Below, in pieces: positions 42,640 through 49,893 of a stretch of DNA of 64,000 nucleotides; the stretch's first letter is position 1, and each line of letters opens with the position of its first letter. Both the position numbers and the translations under genes were made by a program. Below the pieces are notes generated by a model. The model was not told the DNA's origin. It saw only the letters and a program-made list of their open reading frames with translations, and did no database searches. Origin of the DNA: Candidatus Uhrbacteria bacterium (GTDB taxonomy: Bacteria > Patescibacteriota > Patescibacteriia > UBA9934); the NCBI GenBank assembly GCA_018664485.1, contig JABJOE010000006.1, positions 71,294-135,293 of the forward strand, in the 5' to 3' direction.

Positions 42640-43509
42640 ATGAAAAAGCTTCTAATGGTTCTACTTATATTCGGCGCAGTAATAGCTGCTCTAATATTAA
42701 ATTTGGACTCAGAGGAAATCGTCTCCGATGATCGCCCAGTTACCGCTACAACGATCTTCCCTCTTTACGACATAGTTCAAAATATAGCTGGAGACTCCAT
42801 ACGCGTTGAGCTCATCATGCCCGTCGGAGCAAGCCCACACACATTTGAACCGAGCGCTTCCCTACTGCGTGATCTTAAAGGTGTGTCGGTAATCTATGCG
42901 ATCGGTTATGGAAGTGATGACTGGGCATCGGTAATAGGTGAGAACCTAGGTGCCGAGATTGTGACTGTCGACTCAGACATTGACCTGCATCAAACAAACG
43001 ACGGTATTGACCCTCACTACTGGCTATCATTTACAAACGCCAACATCATCGCAAAGACCGTGCGTGACGACTTGAACGCACGTTTCCCAGAATACACCTA
43101 CGACTTCGATCATAACGCTTCGCTCTACACACTTTCCCTGCAAGAAGTGAACCAAGAGGCGTTACGGCTAATAACAGAGGAAGTAGATAGCAACAACATA
43201 ATCACACTACATGATGCATGGTATTATTTTGCAAACGACCTAGGACTAAATGTGGTTGGTACATTTGAACCAAGTGGTGGTCGTGAGCCAACTCCTCAAT
43301 ATCTTATCGACCTTATAGAGACGATCGATGAGTCTGACATCATTACCCTCTACACAGAACCTCAGCTATCAGAAGAAGCCTTCGATACTTTCGTACACGA
43401 CAACAATCTCTCCGTCGGATATCTCGACCCAATAGGAGGTACCGCCGACAAAATGAGTTTTATTGATCTGATGCTTTCAAATGTCCAATCAATTGCCAAC
43501 AACCAATAA
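42640..43509 (+). CDS. znuA: Zn/Mn ABC transporter substrate-binding protein
   Basis: GASPHTFEP, DPHYWLS, HDAWYYF, YTEPQ, LDPIG. Confidence 0.92.
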   Translation: MKKLLMVLLIFGAVIAALILNLDSEEIVSDDRPVTATTIFPLYDIVQNIAGDSIRVELIMPVGASPHTFEPSASLLRDLKGVSVIYAIGYGSDDWASVIGENLGAEIVTVDSDIDLHQTNDGIDPHYWLSFTNANIIAKTVRDDLNARFPEYTYDFDHNASLYTLSLQEVNQEALRLITEEVDSNNIITLHDAWYYFANDLGLNVVGTFEPSGGREPTPQYLIDLIETIDESDIITLYTEPQLSEEAFDTFVHDNNLSVGYLDPIGGTADKMSFIDLMLSNVQSIANNQ

Positions 43510-44236
43510 CGTGAGTGAACGCGGCACTGCAGTGTCTGTAAAAGATCTACGCGTCAGCTATGACGATCATGTTATTTTAGAAAATATTTCTTTTGAAATT
43601 CCTGAGAATTCAATAACGGCAATCATCGGACCAAACGGTTCTGGGAAGTCAACACTCATCAAGGCGGTACTTGGACTAACTCGCACTGAGAAAGGTGATG
43701 TAAAACTTTTCGGACAACCGCTCAGTCACGTACGACGTACGATTGGATATGTCCCCCAACGATTCGAATTTGATCGGCAATTTCCAATGACTGTCCTGGA
43801 ATTCATGGAGCTCGCTCGCCACGAGCATACAGACAAAAAAGGCATCTCTCGTGCAATTAAGAATGTTGGTATTAAATCCGGAGTACTTCGCGAACAGCTT
43901 GGAAGCCTATCTGGCGGACAACTTCAACGTGTTCTGATCGCACAAGCTATTTTAAATCAACCAAAACTCCTTGTTCTAGATGAGCCTGCTGCCGGGATCG
44001 ACGTAGTTGGAGAGGCTGCATTTTTCCAGATGATCGATCAACTTCGAAAAGTTCATGGAACTACGATCGTTATTGTGTCGCATGATATAAGCTTCGTTGC
44101 CAACGCTGTTGACCACGTTGTCTGTGTGAACAAAAACCTAATGTGCTCAGGACCTCCTAAACTTGCTCTTACGGAAAAGAACTTGGAACGACTGTTCGGA
44201 GCATCGAACATATATCATCATCACAGCCACGATTAG
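43481..44236 (+). CDS. znuC: Zn/Mn ABC transporter ATP-binding protein
   Basis: GPNGSGKST, IGYVPQ, LSGGQLQR, LDEP, His-rich tail. Confidence 0.93.
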   Translation: MSNQLPTTNNVSERGTAVSVKDLRVSYDDHVILENISFEIPENSITAIIGPNGSGKSTLIKAVLGLTRTEKGDVKLFGQPLSHVRRTIGYVPQRFEFDRQFPMTVLEFMELARHEHTDKKGISRAIKNVGIKSGVLREQLGSLSGGQLQRVLIAQAILNQPKLLVLDEPAAGIDVVGEAAFFQMIDQLRKVHGTTIVIVSHDISFVANAVDHVVCVNKNLMCSGPPKLALTEKNLERLFGASNIYHHHSHD

Positions 44237-44286
44237 GGTGCATGTATTTTGGCCGCCACCCAACTACTTAACGACCTAGCGATTCT

Positions 44287-45102
44287 ATGGATGCGATTCT
44301 AACAATGCTCTCCTACCCGTTCATGCAGCGAGCTTTTTTAGCTGGTATATTACTTGGCTTACTTCTAGCAAGTCTCGGTGTACTTGCAACGCTCCGCAAG
44401 ATGGCATTCTTTGGTGAAGGAGTAGCTCATGCATCTCTTGCTGGAATCTCACTTGCCATTTTAGCTGGAGTCGCACCAATCCCGGTCGCTATCGCCTGGG
44501 CAGTACTTATCGCAATCGCAATTTTCTGGCTTGAACGGTCTACAAAACTTTCATCAGATACCTTAATTGGAATACTGTTCACCGCAAGCATGGCCTTAGG
44601 TGTAGTCATCATGAGTCAGACTGCCGGATTCCAACCTGAGCTAATTTCTTTCCTGTTTGGAAGTATATTGTCGATCAATCCGGGAGACCTCGTTATCATC
44701 GCAGCATTTACAGCAATAATCTTGGCCTGGTTTGGGACATCACTCAAGCAGCTTACCTACATAGCTTTCAATGAAGACGCTGCATCGATCGCGGGTATGA
44801 AAACAAAAACACAAACGCTGGTTTTATACATTGCGCTTGCGATTGCTACTGTCCTTGGTGTCAAAATATTAGGGATCATCCTAGTCTCCGCACTTCTTGT
44901 ACTGCCACCGGCTACCGGACGACTTCTTGCCAAGTCATTTAAGAGCTATCTTTGGATGTCGCTGCTGGTCTCTGAGATCGTGATTATATGCGGGCTCACT
45001 CTTTCATATTTTTATGACCTCCCTTCCGGTGCTACTATCGTACTCACTGGAACGGGTCTATTTTTCCTCACGACTCTCAGTCGACAGGTTATGAAGCGTT
45101 AG
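44287..45102 (+). CDS. znuB: Zn/Mn ABC transporter permease
   Basis: FMQRA, AHASLAG, FLFGSIL, GIILVSALLVLP, DLPSGATIV. Confidence 0.93.
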   Translation: MDAILTMLSYPFMQRAFLAGILLGLLLASLGVLATLRKMAFFGEGVAHASLAGISLAILAGVAPIPVAIAWAVLIAIAIFWLERSTKLSSDTLIGILFTASMALGVVIMSQTAGFQPELISFLFGSILSINPGDLVIIAAFTAIILAWFGTSLKQLTYIAFNEDAASIAGMKTKTQTLVLYIALAIATVLGVKILGIILVSALLVLPPATGRLLAKSFKSYLWMSLLVSEIVIICGLTLSYFYDLPSGATIVLTGTGLFFLTTLSRQVMKR

Positions 45103-45293
45103 TAGCTGACTCCAAAGAAGTAGGCTACCAAACAAGCAATTCCGATCGCTAAAACTACCAAAGTTACGTTCACAACGTTCTTCGCGTCATCATCGTCACG
45201 TGTAAAGGCGAAAAAAGTGAATAGTGCGAACCCTAGGATTAGGGCCGCTGGTACAACGGTAAGTACGATTCCTGTAAGTAATACGATGGACAT
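45099..45293 (-). CDS. Small 2-TM membrane protein
   Basis: Two hydrophobic helices separated by RDDDDAK; AT-rich upstream region as in host genes. Confidence 0.6.
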   Translation of the reverse strand: MSIVLLTGIVLTVVPAALILGFALFTFFAFTRDDDDAKNVVNVTLVVLAIGIACLVAYFFGVSY

Positions 45294-45433
45294 ATAAATT
45301 GATCTCTGCGTAAAAACCTTAGAATTATTATAATATCGCTAGTGCCAGTCGAGCATCATGCCTTAATAATACGTTATTGTCAATAATTGACCTAAACGTG
45401 CATATAATCTATACTCTTCTCGCAAAGTGAAAT

Positions 45434-45557
45434 CAGGATATTTCTAGGTTTGATGTATACAAGGCGTGGGTGGCTGACAAGGAGTCGTACTAGAAGTACG
45501 GTGACGAAGTCCGACGGGCCCCACAACACAGTAGACGGCAAACCTAGGAGTGTCCTG
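45434..45557. repeat. Dispersed palindromic element copy D (tRNA-Arg 5' region)
   Basis: CAGGATATTTCTAGGTTTG/CAAACCTAGGAGTGTCCTG arms; core AGGCGTGGG..GGAGTCGTAC-TAGAA-GTACGGTGACGAA..GGCCCCACAACA shared with copy C. Confidence 0.8.
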
Positions 45558-45607
45558 CGGCGTTAGCTTCCACCTTCGCTGAAGCTACGGTCGACAAGCA
45601 GCTGGTA
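45557..45607 (+). pseudogene. Duplicated tRNA-Arg 5' fragment interrupted by a 30-bp insert
   Basis: GCGGCGTTAGCT [TCCACCTTCGCTGAAGCTACGGTCGACAAG] CAGCTGG versus the intact GCGGCGTTAGCTCAGCTGG. Confidence 0.65.
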
Positions 45608-45638
45608 ATACACCCAGCTTCGCAAACCACAAAATTAT

Positions 45639-45715
45639 GCGGCGTTAGCTCAGCTGGATAGAGCGTCTGGCTTCGGACCAGAAGGTCGGGGGTTCGAACC
45701 CCTCACGCCGCACCA
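45639..45715 (+). tRNA. tRNA-Arg (anticodon UCG)
   Basis: Cloverleaf: acceptor GCGGCGT/ACGCCGC, anticodon arm TCTGG-CTTCGGA-CCAGA, GGTTCGAAC T-loop, encoded CCA. Confidence 0.96.
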
Positions 45716-45795
45716 TGAAACAAATCACCGAAAGGTGGTTTTTTTCTTTGGTGCAAATTTACCGCAGGTTAATTCTGGACGTAGTCCAGGTGTGA

Positions 45796-46022
45796 GGGGC
45801 TTACCGAGTGGCCAAACTGAAAGTTTGTTGGAACGAGGCTATACCCATAAGTGTGTAGACCGGGGGAGATTGCCGAGATATCGAACCGAAGGTTCATAGA
45901 TATCGAGGCTATACCCCTAAGCACGATAACGAGTTACTCGCATTTAAATACATTAAGTACTCATGTCGAAAGGGCTTGCCGAGTGGTCAAACCATAGGTT
46001 TGTTGGAGCAAGGCTATACCCC
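45796..46022. repeat. Three ~52-56-bp hairpin repeats downstream of the tRNA
   Basis: GGG..CCGAG..AAC-loop-GTT..AGGCTATACCC at 45796-45846, 45862-45917 and 45972-46022. Confidence 0.75.
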
Positions 46023-46086
46023 TTTAGGTATCTTCAAAAACAAAACCGCCAATTGTTGGCGGTTTTATTGTTTTACTTGTGTACTA

Positions 46087-46800
46087 CTACTTTGTCTTTT
46101 TTACCCAGCCCTTTGCAGTAAGAGCGTTTCGCGCTGCATCAATCTGTGCCTCCTGTTTTGATGTCCCCTTACCTTCTGCTGCCAACTCCTTTCCAAGATA
46201 CGCACCGATGCGGAATATCTTATCGTGATCTGGCCCAGACTCTTCAAGGACTTTATAGTTTGGTGTTGTAGATAAACGTGCCTGAGCCTCTTCTTGAAAC
46301 TGACTCTTGGGATCAATGTACAATTCTTTCTCCATTATCTCATCAAGCGTTGCGATAATAAACTTATGTACAAAGTCACGAGATTCATCCCATCCAAAGT
46401 CCAAATACAAGGCACCGATAATAGCCTCCATAGTATTTGCCAAGATGTAGTTGCGGGCCTTCTCATTACTGTCCTGAGACTCTCCACGAGAAAGGAAAAG
46501 GTACTGCTCAATATTCATGCTATGACCAACCTTCGCTAGGTTCTGTCCGTTTACAAGTGCTGCTCGGAAGTTAGTGAGCTCCCCTTCTGGTTTATCGAAC
46601 TTTTCAAATAAAAATTCGGTCACCACCAACTCCAAAACTGCATCTCCCAAGAACTCCAACCGCTCATTATGATGCAGCGGGAAGTCATGATGTTCATTGA
46701 GATAGGAGCGATGGACAACCGCTTGTTTCAGGTGCCCATCCTCTTTGTACTCTATCCCAATTATCTTTGCCAACTCCTCAACAGGTTTTCGTTCTGCCAT
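46087..46800 (-). CDS. rnc: Ribonuclease III
   Basis: HNERLEFLGDAVLEL, EAIIGALYLD, dsRBD (DPKSQFQE, GPDHDK, SKQEAQ). Confidence 0.98.
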   Translation of the reverse strand: MAERKPVEELAKIIGIEYKEDGHLKQAVVHRSYLNEHHDFPLHHNERLEFLGDAVLELVVTEFLFEKFDKPEGELTNFRAALVNGQNLAKVGHSMNIEQYLFLSRGESQDSNEKARNYILANTMEAIIGALYLDFGWDESRDFVHKFIIATLDEIMEKELYIDPKSQFQEEAQARLSTTPNYKVLEESGPDHDKIFRIGAYLGKELAAEGKGTSKQEAQIDAARNALTAKGWVKKTK

Positions 46801-46818
46801 ATACTATTGTTATGAATC

Positions 46819-47331
46819 TTACTCCTCTCCTGCCTCTTCACTTGCAACTTCCTCCACCTCTTCTTCACCACCTTTCTCTTCTTCCACATTCTTGTCAACT
46901 TCCTTTATTTCACCTCGAGCGAGCATGTCTCGGTAGACAGCACCCATAACTCCGTTGATAAATTTACCGGCAGGCTTCCCAGAAAATGTCTTACCAAGTT
47001 CGATCGCTTCGTTGATTGCAACCTTTGCCGGAATCGCTTCATCGTACTTAAGTTCAAAGACAGCAAGACGCAAAATATTACGATCTGCATTAGTCATCTC
47101 TGCGATCGGCCACTCTGGAGCAAAATGTGCGAGCGACTCATCGATATCTGCAAGATGTTCGATCACTCCTCCAACCTGTTTTTTCAAATAACCGGCATCA
47201 TCAAAATCAGGCGCGAATTCTTGCTTCACGTGCTCGATGATTTAATCGATCTTAGAATTATCCTGACCATTAAAGTCCCACTCGAAGAGACATTGCATGG
47301 CCATGGTTCGGGCTAGGTGACGATTCGACAT
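46819..47331 (-). pseudogene. nusB: Transcription antitermination factor NusB with an in-frame TAA at codon 30
   Basis: MSNRHLARTMAMQCLFEWDF...KID*IIEHVKQ...DRNILRLAVFEL..KVAINEAIELGKTF..FINGVMG; stop at 47242-47244. Confidence 0.9.
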
Positions 47332-47435
47332 AACGTTAGGTAAAGGGAAAACAGATGAGTGTGAGGGGCTTAGCTTAAGCAATCTTCTTGCCCTAGTATA
47401 GCAAAAAGAAAAGCGAGTCCATAGGACCCACTTTC

Positions 47436-47732
47436 TTATTTTGTTTCTTTCTTTGTTTTCTTTGCAGCGACCTTCTTTTTTGGAGCTGCTTTCTTTTTTG
47501 GAGTTTCAGCCTTTTCTTCTTCCTTCTCCTTTTTCTTCATTTCTTTTACAACCTCTTTTGCAAGCTTTCCATCAGCCTTTTTCACTTTCGCCATTTTTGA
47601 CGGAGCGATGTGGTGCGGGAGACGTGGCTCACCAGTTTCTTTGTCGATCACAATATGCATCGGCTTGAGCGCGTGATGCGATCGTCGACGACGTACTTTT
47701 GATTTGGAATTTCGAAATTTTGGTACAGACAT
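47436..47732 (-). CDS. rpmF: 50S ribosomal protein L32 (Cys-free form) with Lys-rich tail
   Basis: MSVPKFRNSKSKVRRRRSHHAL..GEPRLPHH; upstream of nusB-rnc. Confidence 0.92.
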   Translation of the reverse strand: MSVPKFRNSKSKVRRRRSHHALKPMHIVIDKETGEPRLPHHIAPSKMAKVKKADGKLAKEVVKEMKKKEKEEEKAETPKKKAAPKKKVAAKKTKKETK

Positions 47733-47957
47733 AGAGTTTTAGAGGTAAAACAGACTGGATTGGAGATTACTAGAGGTAAAGACCCTACCCCAAATTACTG
47801 GGAGAGTGTACTTAAATAGCCATTTTCTGTCAATAGATAGAGTAAACTGCTGGATTCCAGCGTTTTGAAGTATATATAACAAATATCCATTAAACAAAGA
47901 GCCCCCTGAGCCAGATACAGCTCGAGGGGGACTTGAAGGACGCTTGAACGGCTGCTG

Positions 47958-48440
47958 TCAGCTCGCTTTTCTGTGGCTTCCACGCTTGTTTCCGCGGTCG
48001 ACGCGGGCAGGTGCCGACCGAGCTGTTCTTCGGCCAGGGAATCCACAGGAGTACGTGTAGAGCCTGGCGCCCAGTCGGGAAGACATGGAGTCGCCAACTG
48101 CATTCTGAAGAACACGCTGCATAGACACTCCATGATCACCTGCAAACAAGTAGGCACCACCGATCCGCTTGTTCTGCGTGACCCTGATACCGTTCTTCCT
48201 GCCAGTTGAGCAATTGATCAGAAGTACGCCATCAGCAAGATCGCGCTCAGCGAGCTCGGCGTCAGAAACTCCCTCCAAAAGGTCTTCATCGCCACCAGTA
48301 AGCTCGAGCCACGCGGCACGCGACAACTTCCTGGCCAAAAAGGCACCGCTCAAATGGCCCCTCGCACTGATCCAGAACCTGTTGAGATTTGGCGTGTTTT
48401 GTCCTTTGCGGACTTGAGCCGTAATCGAAATGAGAGCCAT
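47958..48440 (-). CDS. Hypothetical protein, possibly a degenerate FmdE-like domain
   Basis: RGHLSGAFLA..LADGVLLINCSTGRKNG loosely follows the FmdE HGH..ADA..GCTxGKGN layout; promoter TTGATA-17-TAGCCT at 48484-48512. Confidence 0.5.
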   Translation of the reverse strand: MALISITAQVRKGQNTPNLNRFWISARGHLSGAFLARKLSRAAWLELTGGDEDLLEGVSDAELAERDLADGVLLINCSTGRKNGIRVTQNKRIGGAYLFAGDHGVSMQRVLQNAVGDSMSSRLGARLYTYSCGFPGRRTARSAPARVDRGNKRGSHRKAS

Positions 48441-48590
48441 GTATGACTTCCCCGGTGAATCGCGCCGGAAGTAGCGCGTCTGGAGGCTACCAAAAATCGA
48501 TCAAAATATCAAGGAATACCCTATGGATCTTGACAAAAAGCCAAAAATCTGGGATGCTCGAATTGGTCTGATCAACACAGGAGCACAGAC

Positions 48591-48731
48591 ATGATCACCA
48601 ATAGCAACCTTTTGGCTGGCGGAAATCCGCAAGTCGCAAAACTACTACGCGACCTCGCACAAGATGCGGGCAACGTTTCACAACTCACGAAGGCCACCCC
48701 GCCAAGCAAACAGGAGCGGTCGACGGGCTGA
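48591..48731 (+). CDS. Small hypothetical protein (46 aa) upstream of the GGDEF gene
   Basis: AGGAG SD, TTGACA box at 48530; MITNSNLLAGGNPQVAKLLRDLAQDAGNV...; below the ORF-track length cutoff. Confidence 0.45.
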   Translation: MITNSNLLAGGNPQVAKLLRDLAQDAGNVSQLTKATPPSKQERSTG

Positions 48732-48794
48732 GTAAACACCTCTTCGTGATCGAGCCATGAGCCGATTCGAAGATACAAAACCATAGGGGGTCCT

Positions 48795-49784
48795 TTGAAC
48801 CCTGACGACAATGACGCGTTACTACAAAGCGCGCTTCGAGAAATCACCCGTCTGAAAAAACGGATTGAGAAACTGGAAACCGATGGAGTGACTGGCCTGT
48901 ACGTTGGAACCCTCCTTCGTGAAGACCTATTCCACGCAGTTTCCGGACCTCTCGCAAGCAGCGCTGCCGACGGCCTTCGCAGAGGTTGTCCAATCTCCAA
49001 CTACAGCAACGAGGAGTTGAAGGAACTCTGGGTATGCTTGGCAGCTATCGACGTCGACTACCTCACGCTCTGGAATCAGTTGCGTGGATCACATGCCGAC
49101 GGCAATCGAGCCTTTCGAGGAATCGGCTCAGCACTTCGCGAAGCCGGTAGCTCAGTCGAGTTGGCAAAGTTCTACCGAATCACCGGTGGGGACGAGCTCG
49201 CAGGACTCATCGTGGGAGACCAAAATGAGGCCATGGGCATCATGGACCAAGCTCAGAGGACGGCCAAGGAAACTCAGGTCTATGAAGGGCAACCACTTCC
49301 GGTGAATTTCACCTACGGTGTAGCGTCACTCATCGAGGCACTCGTGATTTACGGACGGCTGGACCCAAGTCTGATCCCTCCTGGCACGCGAGCACCCACA
49401 ACAGTGACCTTCCAGCTTCTGATGACGCTAGCCGACGCGCGGAGCTACAACTCCAAAGTCATTCGGCGAATGCTGCTGCTCACAGCCCTCTACAACCACG
49501 AGCGAGATCTTCTCGACAAGGTCTCCAAGTGGCTCACAAAAGGCATGCGCGGTAACGCCATGGCAACCGTTGCTGGGCTATGTGAACAGACCGTTGACCA
49601 ACGCGTAATCGCAATCGCCAATCTGATCGAGCGCGAAAGATCAGAAATGCTGACAAAGGAGCAGGTTGGAAGCCAATCACGGCTGATCCAAGAGGGCTCG
49701 GGACTTCCGCTCCAAGCAACTCTGGAAATCATGCGGATGGCTCGACTTCCATTCCCCGCGACACTCGTACCACATCTCTTCTAG
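48795..49784 (+). CDS. Divergent GGDEF (diguanylate cyclase-like) protein
   Basis: N-terminal coiled coil then TDGVTGL, IDVDYL, WNQLRGSHADGN, YRITGGDEL, VNFTYGVA, ADARSY; TTG start with GGGGGT SD. Confidence 0.8.
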   Translation: MNPDDNDALLQSALREITRLKKRIEKLETDGVTGLYVGTLLREDLFHAVSGPLASSAADGLRRGCPISNYSNEELKELWVCLAAIDVDYLTLWNQLRGSHADGNRAFRGIGSALREAGSSVELAKFYRITGGDELAGLIVGDQNEAMGIMDQAQRTAKETQVYEGQPLPVNFTYGVASLIEALVIYGRLDPSLIPPGTRAPTTVTFQLLMTLADARSYNSKVIRRMLLLTALYNHERDLLDKVSKWLTKGMRGNAMATVAGLCEQTVDQRVIAIANLIERERSEMLTKEQVGSQSRLIQEGSGLPLQATLEIMRMARLPFPATLVPHLF

Positions 49785-49893
49785 TTTTTCCGATCCTCTT
49801 TCCGGACCTTCGTCAAACGAAGTTCTGAATAAGCCGATCGATAAAAACAAAAGCCCGCTGCCGTTTCTTCGGTAGCGGGCTCTGTGCATCTAA

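Noticed and set aside
45796..46022. CRISPR array
   Set aside because: Units are over 50 bp, diverged and irregularly spaced, and no cas genes are present.
47242..47244. Stop-codon reassignment explaining the nusB TAA
   Set aside because: TAA, TAG and TGA all terminate genes normally in this window, and no other core gene seen is interrupted.
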